In this document: positions 27,778 through 44,369 of the stretch, one piece after another | Layout of the letters: every line of letters begins with the position of its first letter | Position numbering within the stretch: position 1 is the stretch's first letter | Source of the DNA: Octopus vulgaris | Lineage: Eukaryota | Length of the DNA stretch: 64,000 nt | NCBI GenBank assembly: GCA_951406725.2 | Contig: OX597824.1 | Coordinates: 75,020,001-75,084,000 of the forward strand | Direction: 5' to 3' | Notes under the pieces: generated by a model | Told to the model about the DNA's origin: nothing | Databases searched by the model: none | Seen by the model: only the letters and a program-made list of their open reading frames with translations | Made by a program: the position numbers and the translations under genes

Positions 27778-30700
27778 ATGCCAATATGGAAGAAAAATAA
27801 CATAAATAAAGACCTGGATACAACAATGAACCCTAATAAACTAGCAAATATACGGAGATATATTCTCAACGCAAAAAAAATATCAGAAATAGAAATAGAA
27901 TATTTAAAAGAAAAAATACATCAGGAAAATGTAGATAGAAGCCACACAACAATGCCAAATAATATAAACACTGAAACAGTAAAACACGAAGACAAACGTA
28001 ACATTTCCAACAAAAACGATGTAAACAAAAACAACAAACCCAGACCGTAAGGATACATAATAATACACGACAAACGGCAAGCCAAAACACGACAAACAAA
28101 CATACGGATAAGATAGAAAGTGACACAAATCTAAAACCTGGAAACAACGAAGGGGAGCCTAATGATTATGAAACTATAAAAAGTAGAATAATCAAAGAAC
28201 TGAAAACCACAGAGCTCAAAATGGACCACCGACCATACATCCGAAAAATCAAAATAGACAAAACAACAACTTCAATTATAAAAAACATAAACCTAGCCGT
28301 CACGGAACTAATAGCCACTGAAACAAAAAGCGATATCACTGAGCTAAATGACTTAGTATACGCAGCAGCCACTGCAGCCACAAAAGAAGCTGGATACTCA
28401 CTCAAACCCGCCCAAACAGGAGTACCACCACCCAAACAAACCCTGTGGATAAATAACATCCAAAACAAAATACAAAAAATTAGAAAAGATCTGTCGATTC
28501 TTAATGAAATCAGTAGACAATCAACGCTACTGAGCAACAAAAAGAAAACAAAAATACTCCGCAAATACAACACCACAGTAAAAGATTTACATGAGATAAA
28601 AGAAAAGCTAAAGCAAGATATCCTTGCCAAAGCACAAAGGATCCGCCGGTACGAGAAACGCCAACGTTTCTTTGAACAAAACAAAAAAGTTCAACTCCAA
28701 CCCCAAAAAGTTCTACCAAGAACTTGGCAAAAATAAAATAGAAATCACTGCAGCACCAACGGCAGAAGAAGTGGAAGAATTCTGGAGAGAAATATGGTCG
28801 GCGAACGAACAACCAAAAAAAATGGAGTATTAAAACAACAAACTCAGCATCTGAGCAACTTTGGACCTCCATAACAACTGAAGAGGTCACCCAGGCACTG
28901 CAAAGACTAAGCAACTGGAAGGCACCTGGGCATGACAAGATCCCCAACTTCTGGTTGAAATACCTAACAGGAATGCACAAAAAGCTGGCTGAAAATTTTA
29001 ACAACATACTGGCAGAGCCAGAGACAATGCCTGAATGGCTCACGAAGGGGAAAACCATCTTAATTCCCAAATCAAATGAGACAGCAAAACCAGAAAACTA
29101 CAGACCTATAACCTGTCTCCCTACTATGTACAAAGCATTTACTGCAGTAATATCGCAAAGATTGAACAAGCACCTGGACGAAAACAACCTGTTTCCAGAA
29201 GAGCAGAAAGGATGCCGCAAAGGCTCATATGGCTGTAAAGATCAACTAATGATTAATAAAGCCGTAACTGAAGACAGCCACAGAAAGAAGAAAGGCCTCA
29301 GTATGGCCTGGATCGACTACAAAAAGGCGTTTGATAGCATCCTCCACACATGGATTCTCGAAACACTAGCCATTAACAAAGTGCACCAACAATTATAAAG
29401 TACATAGGACACTCTATGAATAAATGGCAAACAGTGCTACAGCTCCAAACAAAAGAGGGACTTGTGAAAACCAAAGCCATCCCCATTAGAAGAGGAATAT
29501 TCCAGGGAGATACGCTCTCTCCACTCCTTTTCTGCTTGGCACTGTCACCTCTATCGGATATGCTAAACAGAACTGGATGCGGATATAAATGTTACGGCAA
29601 AAAGATCAGCCACCTTTTATATATGGATGACCTAAAACTATACGCTGCAAATGACAAACAGCTGGAAACACTATTAAAGACAGTTCATGGATTTACCAAA
29701 GAAATAGATATGAAATTTGGATTAGAGAAATGCGCCAAAGTAACCCTGAAAAGAGGAAAACTAGTTAAGAGTAGCAACATCACACTAGATAAAACCAATG
29801 AAATAAAAGAATTAGACCAAAGCCAAACTTACAAATACTTAGGAATCCATGAACTAGATAAGACACAACACACACAAATGAAAGAGAAAATAAAAAAAGA
29901 ATATTATAGACGAGTTAGATCAATACTGAAAACAGAGCTCAATGCTAAAACAAGATTATAGGTATCAACACTTTAGCCGTCCCAGTTAAAAGTCACAGCT
30001 ACAATATCCTTAACTGGACACTAAATGAACTGACCAAAATAGATAGGAAAACAAGAAAAATAACGACAGGATCTAGGATGCATCACCCAAAATCTGACAT
30101 AGAAAGACTATATATACAACGTATAGATGGTGGTAGAGGCCTTATACAGCTGGAAAACTACTATAAAATAACCACCATAGGACTGCAAAAATATCTACTT
30201 CAGAAGGAAGGAAAACTGATACAAATAGCGGCAAAACACGAGCAAAACAAAAAACTGTTCTCAGTATTTAAGGAAGCTGACAAATACAAACAAGAAATCA
30301 TACCACCTAATAAGAAAAGAAGAAGAAGAAGAAGAGAAGAAGAAAGAAGAAGAAGAAGAAGAAGAAGAAGAAGAAGAAGAAGAAGAAGAAGAAGAAGAAG
30401 AAGAAGAAGAAGAAGAAGAAGAAGAAGAAGAAGAAGAAGAAGAAGAAGAAGAAGAAGAAGAAGAAGAAGAAGAAGAAGAAGAACAACAAAAGCTATAAAA
30501 CAAATGAAATCCAAACTAAAAATTGAACAGCAACGAATTATGATAAAACGATGGCAAGAAAAGCCCCTTCATGGCAAATACTGACTAAACTAAATGCAAA
30601 AGAAATAGACAAAGAAAAATCCCAGCAATGGTTGAGAAGCTCAGGACTCAAAGCAGAGACAGAAGGATTTTTAATTGCAGCACAAGACCAAAGCCTCCCC

Positions 30701-31400
30701 ACCAGAAATTACCAAAAACATGTAATGAAAAGAAATATAACAAGTAACTGCAGAATATGTGATGGACAAGAAACAATAAATCATATTATCTCTGGCTGCC
30801 CAGTCCTGGCTAAGAAGGAATATATTCGCAGACACGACAGAGTTGGGACCTATATACACCGGAAACTATGCCAGCATTATGGAATAACAACACAAAAAAA
30901 GATGGTATAGGTACACACCAGAAAAGGTCACAGAAAACGAGAATGCAACCATACTCTGGGATATGCCAATACACACAGATAGAGAAATTAAGGCCAACAG
31001 ACCAGATATAGTTGTCAGAGATCACGAAGAAAAAAAATGTTTTCTAATTGATGTATCAATACCAGCGGATGACAACCTGTCTCTAAAAGAAATGGAGAAA
31101 CTTTCAAAATACAAAGACCTGGAAATAGAGGTAACCAGAATGTGGAATCTAAAAACAGAAACAATTCCTATCATAATAGGTGCATTAGGCATGATAAAAA
31201 AATATTCAGACAAATACATAACAAAAACACCAGGACATATAACATACAGAAAATTGCACTACTAGGCACTGCACACATCCTACGCAGAACACTTTCCATA
31301 CAATAACCCTCAGAGTATCACAACAAATCACAGCACATACCCGAGGCACACAGAGCTGCACTCGGTAGTGAAGTGAAGGCACGATATAAAAAATATACTA

Positions 31401-31404
<4 letters not shown>
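27778..31404 (+). mobile_element. Longest R4/Dong LINE (subfamily 1), ~3.6 kb, single ORF broken by frameshifts and stops
   Basis: WKAPGHDKI, NYRPITCLPTMYK, EQKGC, WIDYKKAFDS, RGIFQGDTLSPLLF, HLLYMDDLKLY, CRIC..HIISGC, RHD, RPDIVV/IDVSIP; no APE domain seen; (TAA)n at both ends. Confidence 0.95.
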
Positions 31405-31466
<62 letters not shown>

Positions 31467-33260
31467 CTGCATAGCACTAATACCACTCTCAAGTGAACTG
31501 AATAGAACAGGTTATGGCTACAAAATTGATAACAGGAAAATAAGCCATCTATTTTATATGGATGATTTAAAACTATATGGCAAAGATGATGAAGAGCTAG
31601 AAGGACTCTTATATACTGTGAAAGCATTCAGTGATGATATCGGGATGGAGTTTGGCCTTGGAAAGTGTGCCAAAGCTACTTTTAAGAAAGGGAAATTGGT
31701 AAAGTCAAGTTCAGTCGAATTAGATGTCGAAACAGTAATAAAGGAACTTGGGCAGAAATAAACCTATAAATACCTAGGAATAAATTAAGGCTCTGGTATC
31801 CAGCATGCAAGCATGAAAGAGAAGGTTAGGAAGGAATGTTATAGAAGAGTTCGAGCCATCCTGATGTCTGAGCTGAATGCATATAATAAGGTGTTAGCCA
31901 TAAATTCCTGGGCAGTCCCAGTTGTCCTTTATAGCTTCAATGTCCTTAACTGGAATACCAGTGAAATAATGTAAATTGACAGTAAAATCCGCAAGCTACT
32001 GACTTGTAATAAGATGCACCATCTCAAGGCAGACGTGGATCGTCTTTACCTCCCCAGAGCTTAGGGAGGTCGAGGTCTGATCCAGCTTGAATTTACGTAC
32101 AAATCCACCACAATCAGACTGGCCAAATACCTTGAAGCAACCAACGATTGGATGCTAAAACATGTTGAAAAACATGAAAGACCGAAAAAACTTCACTCTA
32201 TTCTGAAAGAGAGCAAAAAACTCGCTACTGATCTCTTAGATACCTACCAGATTGATCAGCTTGAAGGAAATGCAAAAAAAATAAAATTAATTGCAAAGAC
32301 AAAAGCGCATGAAAAATTAGCTAGCAGATGGGAACAGAAACCTCTGCATGGCAAGTATGTGGCCCGTAGCAAACAAGCTGATGTCGACCAGAAACACACG
32401 CACTAATGGTTACGAAGCTCAGGGTTAAAAGCGGAGAGTGAAGGTTTCATATTAGCTGCTCAAGACCAAAGCTTATTAACCCGGAACTACCAAGCCAATG
32501 TGATAAAAAATGGAGCTGACCCAAAATGCCGATTCTGCAACGATGAGATTGAAACTATAGACCACCTAATCTCAGGGTGTAGAGTCTTAGCACCTGTAAA
32601 ATATAATGCAAGACATGACAGAGTCGGCCAGTATTTACACTGGACAATATGTCGGCATTATAAAATCAAAATCGCTGACAAATCGTATAAACACCATCCT
32701 GAAGCTGTGACTGAGGGAGAAAATGTGTCGATTCTATTGGACCGTACATACCGACAAAACTATAAAAGCTAATAAACCGGATATTATTATAAAAGATAAT
32801 ACAAAAAGGATGTGTTTATTAATTGACATGAGTATTCCTTGCGATCACAATATAGCAGCGAAAGAATTTGACAAGATCAGTAAATATAAAGACTTGCTAA
32901 TAGAAATTGAAAAATTGTGGCATCTCAAGGCGACTACAGTACCAGTGATTGTAGGATCTCTAGGAATGATAAAAAAAAAGGTACTGAAGCCTATTTGAAA
33001 ATGATACCAGGCTTACCATCCCTACAGGAAGTGCAAAAAATCGTGTTAACTGGAAGGGCTCATGTACTGAGAAGAGCATTATCGCTGTAAAAACAACATC
33101 CATTCATGAATTTATTTATTTATTAATTTTTGGAATACATATTTTACCTGTGAATTTGCGTGTGTAATCTGGGAATGCATACAATGAGTTTCTCTGCCCT
33201 AGGTGTACGGAAAACACTCGACGAGAAACGGAAGAAAATTTGAAGAAAGAAGGAAAAAAC
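31467..33260 (+). mobile_element. 5'-truncated R4/Dong LINE (subfamily 4)
   Basis: HLFYMDDLKLY, CRFC..HLISGC, RHDRVG, KPDIII/IDMSIP; lies between (TAA)n 31405-31466 and 33261-33333. Confidence 0.92.
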
Positions 33261-37375
<4,115 letters not shown>

Positions 37376-38607
37376 AAGAGCACTCAGAGAGCGCAAACCT
37401 CTGCCACGGCAACACCAATGTCCTTTCAACGATTAGCCAAAGATGATTTTTTAAAATAAGAATATCTTAAATAACGTCGACTACTCTCACAAACGAGAAT
37501 ACTAAAAGTGAACCCGACCGCTCTCAAAAAGTAAGTAAAAAAACAAAAACGGAAAAATAATCCAGCATCCTTATCCGGTACCTGATCGATCCTAATGGTA
37601 GTGATGGAATATGAAGGTGGCTGTAGAAAATTTAGTAACAGTAATAAATAGTTTAACCTTATCTAATAGAACTCAAAGTTAACAAATTCACCATTCAGAC
37701 TGAGGTAATAATAATAATTTCTACTCAGTTTTCTCTTAAACTTCGGCCTTCTTTTAGTATTCCTGTTGTTTTAGATCGATGAATAGATGTATGTATGTAT
37801 GTAAGTATACTGTAAAGTTTTAATATGTATGTATAACTAGCAGTATCGCCCGGCGTTGCTCAGGTTTGTAAGGGAAATAACTATAAAGCATTTTTAGAGA
37901 GTTATAGCCAAAAAATAGCAAAAAATGGAAAAAAATTATGGTAAATTTTTTTTTTGGTTAAAAAAGGTCGAGTTGCGTCCCCTAGACAGTCTGTGGTTTG
38001 TGTTTCTGATTCTCGACCCCATGTCGAATTTATCGATCTTTTTCAGAACTGGGGGAACTTTTCAAAATTTTCGCTGAGTTAGTTTTGAATTATGACATTG
38101 GGCTATGTGTGTGTCAAGTTTCATCAGAATCGGTTGAAAGCCGTGGTCAGGGTGAGGGTACAACCAAACAGACACACAGAAACACACACAGACAAACTGC
38201 CGTTTATATAGAGTTAGTGTTGATTAATTTCTAAATGGTTTTGCTGCCGTTTGTTTATGTACTTTGATTTCTTTATCCATCAGTTTTAACTAAGATAGAG
38301 ACGCGAGTAAAATTAATAATAAGGGAAACGAAAATAAAACTTTGGAAACAGCCTAAAGGAAGATAATTGAGAAAGACTTGAAAGTCAACGTAAGATCGTA
38401 ATCATGAAAAGTAAGGTAAATATAACAAATAATCCAAAAATCTTGTCTGGTACCGGATTGATCCCAAAATCTAATTAGTTCGTGTCAGTCACGGGGCCAA
38501 TCATCCTTGATAGTTTCATCCGAATCCATCGAGCGGTTCTTGAGATATCTTGTTCACGGACAAACAAGCAAACAAATATAACTGAAAACAAGGCGAAGGT
38601 GGAGGTA
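37376..38607 (-). mobile_element. Helentron-associated element (HINE-like), both ends present, interrupted
   Basis: Minus-strand 5' end ttacctccacc; 3' end ggcagaggtttgcgctctctgagtgc (sub-terminal inverted repeat plus hairpin). It may be two partial copies. Confidence 0.6.
37836..38210 (+). mobile_element. Non-autonomous Helitron/Helentron-like element
   Basis: Near-identical to 20963-21320. Confidence 0.75.
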
Positions 38608-38706
38608 ATAATAATAATAATAATAGTAATAATAATAAGAAGAAGAAGAAGAAAAAGAAGAAGAAGAACGAAAAGAAGAAGAAGAACGAAAAGAAGAAGA
38701 ACAATA

Positions 38707-38747
<41 letters not shown>

Positions 38748-38755
38748 TATAATAA

Positions 38756-38919
<164 letters not shown>

Positions 38920-39229
38920 GGAATTCTTTGGGGTTTGGATAATTCACCTCTGGAAACATGGTTGTTTCGTTCAACATCCTTAAACAACCCTTATTCAATA
39001 ACTTTTGAGCAGGATGGGATACTCGACCTGAAGAAAATTCTAACTGGGCCCCACATGCAAGGTCATGTGCTGTTTATCTTGATATGGGATCACTATGTCG
39101 CGCACATATGGTTGTGATGCATGTGCCTAGTGTGCCCTTATCAGACTGGTAGTCATGATGGGTATACTGGAATTCGTATATTTTACCCCAGTGTCACTTT
39201 GATGGCATGCACTGCTCTCTCTCACTCAG
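38920..39229 (+). mobile_element. 3' UTR-only copy of Dong subfamily 7
   Basis: Matches 56252-56555 and part of 43650-43830(-); (TAA)n on both sides. Confidence 0.75.
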
Positions 39230-39230
39230 T

Positions 39231-39380
<150 letters not shown>

Positions 39381-39663
39381 AAGAAGCTCAAAAAGGTTGT
39401 AAAAGAAATTCTTTTGGGTACAAAAATCAATTACTCATAAATAAAATGACTGTCGAAAATTGCCGAAGCAAAAAGAACCTGAATATGGCATGGATAGACT
39501 ACAGGAAAGCGTTTGATAGTATCCCTAATAATTGGCTACTCAAAGCCCTTGAGATATATCTCTTCTGTCGTCTCAAAATTCTTACAAGGTAGCATGGCCA
39601 AGTGGAACACACGTCTCCTCCTAAACCATAGTAATGGGACAAGCCAATCCAACAACATCAACA

Positions 39664-40169
39664 GTGGAGGCACAATGGCCCAGTGGTTAGGGCAGCGGAC
39701 TCGCGGTCGTAAGAACGCAGTTTAGATTCCTAGACCGGGCATTGTGAGTGTTTATTGAGCAAAACACCTATTCTCCACGAGGCTCCGGCGGGGGCGGGCG
39801 GTTGTGGGTGAACCCCGCTGTTCTCTTTCACCACAACTTTCTCTCACTATTTCTTCCTACTTCTGCTACAAAGCAGAGGAACCATGGTGAAACCCACTAT
39901 GGGGTGGTAAACTTTCAGACCGTAGTCTAGATTGCGAATCCTCTGTACCCCAGGATGGTTCAGCTCTCCACCCGTTCAAAGCCGCCGTGTACTGGATGAG
40001 GATAACAACGTAGTTTTCACGACCGTGCAACCGCCAGTCTATCGCTTGTGGTGGATGGATCTTCAAGTTGCCCCACGCATTCTTAGTAGCTTAGAGTAGG
40101 CTCGAATTAGAGATTATTCTTTGTGGTTAATGGTGTGAGTCCTGATGAGAAGAAGAAGAAGAAGGGGAA

Positions 40170-40204
<35 letters not shown>

Positions 40205-40645
40205 AGAAGAAGAAGAAGAAGAAGAAGAAGAAGAAGACGAAGAAGAAGAAGAAGAAGAAAGAGGAGGAGGAGGAGGAGGAGGAAGAGAAGAAGAAGAGGA
40301 AGAAGGGGAAGAAGGGGAAGAAGAAGAAGAAGAAGAAAGAGAAGGAGGAGGAGGAGAAGAAGGGGAAGAAGAAGAAAGATGAGGAGGAGGAGGAGGAGGA
40401 GGAGAAAAGGGGAAGAAGGGGAAGAAGGGGAAGAAGAAAAAGAAGAAGAAGAAGAAGAAGAAGAAGAAAGAGGAGGAGGAGGAGAAGAAGAAGAAGGGGA
40501 AGAAAGGAAAGAAGAAGAAAAAGAAAAAGAAGAAAGAGGAGGAGGAGGCGGAGGAGGAGAAGAAGGGGAAGAAGAAGAAGGGGAAGAAGAAGAAGAAGAA
40601 GAAGAAGAAGAAGAAGAAGAAGAAGAAGAAGGAGAAGAAGAAGAA
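39664..40645 (+). mobile_element. Composite SINE: tRNA head, unique body (type C) and ~500-bp GAA-rich tail, with 10-bp TSD
   Basis: aacatcaaca occurs at 39654-39663 and 40646-40655; the head matches 13377-13560. Confidence 0.75.
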
Positions 40646-40778
40646 AACATCAACATCAAGCGGAACATCTTTCAAGGTGGATCACTCTGCCCATTACTCT
40701 TTTGCATGGCACTGATCGCACTCTCAAACGAACAGAATTACACCAGTTATTGGTACGAAATTTATAACTATAATAAAT

Positions 40779-41179
40779 ACTAGCAGTATCGCCCGGCGTT
40801 GCTCGGGTTTGTAAGGGAAATAACTATAAAGCATTTTTAGAGAGTTATAGCCAAAAAATAGCAAAAAAATGCATTATAAAATGGCAAAAAAAATGATGGT
40901 AAATTTTTTTTAAATCGTTGACTCATCGTAGACATTCTTAGAGAGTTACTTCCCTTATATAATAGCGAAAAAATGCATTAAAATGGAAAAAAATGATGGT
41001 AAATTATTTTAAAAATCGTAGACTTATCGTAGACGCGCGCGCTAATACCCAGAAGGGCTCGATATGAATCACGACTATAAGATACCTGGTTTTGGTTAAA
41101 CTGCACCGCAAAATGTGGGAGTAGTTAGGAATCTAAATCGTAGGAGACAGACACACAACCTTACTTTTATATATAAAGA
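40779..41179 (+). mobile_element. Helitron/Helentron-like non-autonomous element, variant interior
   Basis: Same 5' end as 20963, an internal duplication, and a 3' end ttttatatataaagat. Confidence 0.7.
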
Positions 41180-41392
41180 TATAACTATAATTAACCATCT
41201 GTTTTATATGGACAACCTGAAGCTGTTTGCTAGAAATGACCAAGAGCTAGTAGGGCTGTTAACAACTGTTAAAGAGTTCGGCAATGGCATCGGGATGGAT
41301 TTTGGCCTCGATAAGTGTGCTAAAGCAACTTTTGTAAGAGGCAAGCTGAAGCAAACAACATCCATTAATATAGTTCTATATTTTAGAGATGA

Positions 41393-41785
41393 ACTAGCAG
41401 TATCGCCCGGCGTTGCTCGTGTTTGTTTCGACCCTTTAGAAGTGGAATTTTTGAAAAGTAAAAATTTTGCATTATGTAGCTTGTTATTCTCTTTAAGTGA
41501 ACATTTTTCTGGTTGAAATACACCGAAAAATGGCGACACAGCAGTCAAAAAATCGTATAAAATAGGGATTTTCATAGAAAAAGCACCTTTTTGATGTAAA
41601 TAATTTTTAGTGTTAACATGGTCCGATTTGAATTTTATCTTCTACGGAAGGAAGAGCAAGCCTTCTTTTACCACACTCTCAATTTTGGTCAACTTGCGCC
41701 GCAGGGTCTCGGAGGAGATATAGTGTTAGTTGAAGGCTACCAAACCTGCCTTACACAGACAACATCAGCTTTATATATAGAGAGA
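41393..41785 (+). mobile_element. Helitron/Helentron-like non-autonomous element, third interior type
   Basis: Starts actagcagtatcgcccggcgttgctcg; ends cagctttatatatagagagat. Confidence 0.65.
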
Positions 41786-41794
41786 TTATGTACA

Positions 41795-41948
41795 TTATTT
41801 ACATTATTTACATTTGGAATGAGAACCCAGGTTCGAAATTTCCCCCCAAGACACCTGATGGAGGCTGGAGAGTATATCAACCGAAACGTTGTGTTAACAA
41901 CAAACGAGATGGGGACAAATATCCGTCAAATGTAAATAATGTAAATAA
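41795..41948 (+). mobile_element. ~154-bp element with perfect 22-bp terminal inverted repeats and a hammerhead-like core
   Basis: ttatttacattatttacatttg (41795-41816) / caaatgtaaataatgtaaataa (41927-41948); gacac-CTGATGG-aggctgg..tcaacc-GAAA-cgtt-gtgtt. Confidence 0.6.
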
Positions 41949-43032
41949 AACTTCCATTAGATTAGACACCAACACTACCATCAAGGCACTTGACCCATGA
42001 GAAAGTTATGAATACCTGGGGATAAACGAAGGAGATGGTATATAACATGCTACTATGAAAGAAAAATAAGAAAGGAGTATTACAAGAGAATAAGACTTAT
42101 ATACAGAAACCTGAACTCAGTTCGAAAAGTCGCATGGAAGCCATTAACACCCTGGTACTTCCAATAGTCCAATACAGTTTTAACATCATTAACTGGAATC
42201 CTACGGAGCTCCAACACCTGGGCAGGAAGACAAAAAACTACTAACATCTAAGAACATGTACCATCCAAAAGTAGACGTTGATCGTGTGTACCTACCTAGA
42301 AGTAATGGGGGAAGAGGAATGATGCAAGTAGAACTGTGCTATAAGACCTCCACAGTAGCAATGAACAGCTCCTTATCTAATACAGAGGTCTGAAAGTTGA
42401 GGCTTGTATGCAAACCCGAAAGCAGTAAAGAGTCATATTCAATTGTCAAGGAAGCTTGAAAATTCGCAAGGGAACTTGGTATTAACCCTGAATTAGATGT
42501 AAAACCTGAAACCACTGCCACAGATCAAGCAGACTGCAAAAAAGAACGAGCAGAAACAAAATGAGGAGCGGTTGAGACAGAAGCCCCTGCATGGACAGTA
42601 TATTCTTTAAAGTCGAAACGCAGATGTTGACCAAGCAACAACCAATCAGTGACTGAGAAATTCAGGACTGAAAGCAGAGCCAGAAGGTTTCATATTGGCG
42701 CACAAGATCAAAGCTTGCTTACAAGAAATTATCAGGCTAATGTTCTTCAAAACGGTTCTGACCCTAAATGTAGATTCTGCGACACATTTGACGAAAGAAT
42801 AGACCATCTCGTCTCGGGATGTTCCGTGCTAATACCAAACGAATACAAAAGTCGCTACGATAGGGTAGGAAAGTATTTGCATTGGAAAATATGTAAATAA
42901 TACATAATCAACACTCCTGCTTACTGGTATGAACATCATCCTGAGTTAGTCGTTGAAGGTAACAATGTAACTATCTTTGATAACTTCCATAACTTTGATA
43001 CCAGCTTCTTTAGTTACTTTCTCAGTGATGTA

Positions 43033-43650
43033 TCAGATGAGGTGGAGATTGTCGTGGAAGGGTCTTTTCGGGATGGCACATATCTGTGCCTTCCCTATCA
43101 GATACCCGACAACAAGTACCAACTTCGTAGCTATCACCTTGGCCAAAATTTTGAACTCTGCATTTAGCAGAGTTATGGGCCTAAAGTTCTCAATACAATC
43201 CCCCTTGTTCGGGTCTTTTCTCAGCATCGTCACCATTCCTCGACTCACAAAACTGGGAATTCTCAAATTCTGTTGCCAGTTGCAGCAAACGTTTGCTAAG
43301 AGGTCGCTGAACAAGTCTGGCATGTAAGCGTAAAACTTGTATGGCAGAGCATCCAAACTAGGTGATTTAACCCTTGTGCAGCTAGCCATTGGTTCCCGTA
43401 TTTCAAAGGCTGTTTTCGACCTTTCGCAGCGCTCCACCTCCGTCGCCGAGAGCCGCGGCAGCCCGTCGAGGTAGGACGTGAAATCCATCCTGCGACCCGA
43501 CTGACCGCTGCTCCCGAACAGTTGAGCGAAGCGCCGCTGAAAGGTCGCACACATCTGTCTCGGGTCAGTTATCATTTGCTTTTCATGGTCCGGCAAGGAT
43601 CGGATCGTAGATTTATTGCCACGCCGTGCCTCTTCAACTCCGGCACGCGA
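43033..43650 (-). mobile_element. L1/Tx1-like LINE RT fragment
   Basis: KSPSLDALP.KFY, NFRPITLLNAEFKILAKVIA, Q..AIPKR..HDNL; GC-rich relative to flanks. Confidence 0.85.
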
Positions 43651-44300
43651 TATAGTAATGTCATATGGAGATAAACGGCAAATAACCTTGGAGGCGGCGC
43701 CCAGTTAGAATTTTTATTTCAGGTAGAGTATCCCGTCCCGCTCAAAAGGTCCCTGAATAAGGATTGTTTAAGGATGATGAACGAAACACCCATGTTTCTA
43801 GGAGTGAATTATTCGAACTTTAAAGAATTCCGTTCAACACTTGGGTATGATGCTCCCCCACTACTTGTGCTCGTGATCAGTGATACATTTAAGAACATGC
43901 TCAACTAGTAAAGCTCAATCAAATCTGTGGTATTAAGCAGAATATTTGCTGTAGCCCATCTTTTACTCCAAGACAAAACATGTACTTGTTAACACTTCCG
44001 ATCAGTTAAGATCAGAAGCCATGAGAGTCACTGACTGGTGCTCAACATACTTCTGATAATCTTTCCCGTTCTTAAGAAGCAAACTTTCTGTAGAAGCTCT
44101 ACAGGACATTCCATTCCAATTTCCTTTAACCATTTATCCATATCTTTACGCACAGTTCTTAATGCATAGGCACAACCTCTACAACGTTCATATTCCAAAT
44201 TCTCGCAATTTCAAACTTTAAGAGATTGTATTTTTTAAAATGTTTCGTTTTTTTTCCTTACAGTCCTGAAATTATATATGATGGATCAATCACTAAGAAA
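43650..44300 (-). mobile_element. 3' end of Dong subfamily 7: RLE C-terminus plus long 3' UTR
   Basis: Minus strand YNLLKFEIARIWNMNVVEVVP / ALRTVRKDMDKWLKEIGMECPVELLQKVCFLRTGKIIRSMLSTSQ* runs directly into the repeat seen at 56080-56555. Confidence 0.75.
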
Positions 44301-44369
44301 CTTTGATTTTTCTTGTCTTTTATTGTTATATTTGGTTTAGTATTTTCTATCTTCTTATCTGTATTTATT

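Larger units (their letters stand above)
39385..42978 (+). mobile_element. Old R4/Dong LINE (subfamily 6, close to subfamily 4) split by several insertions
   Basis: AWIDYRKAFDS, IKRNIFQGGSLCPLLFC, NHLFYMDNLKLF, AQDQSLLTRNY, CRFC..HLVSGC appear in order across the insertions. Confidence 0.85.

Noticed and set aside
40114-40783. Poly-K/R/E/S ORFs (protamine-like)
   Set aside because: GAA/GAG tract open in several frames on both strands, inside a TSD-bounded insertion.
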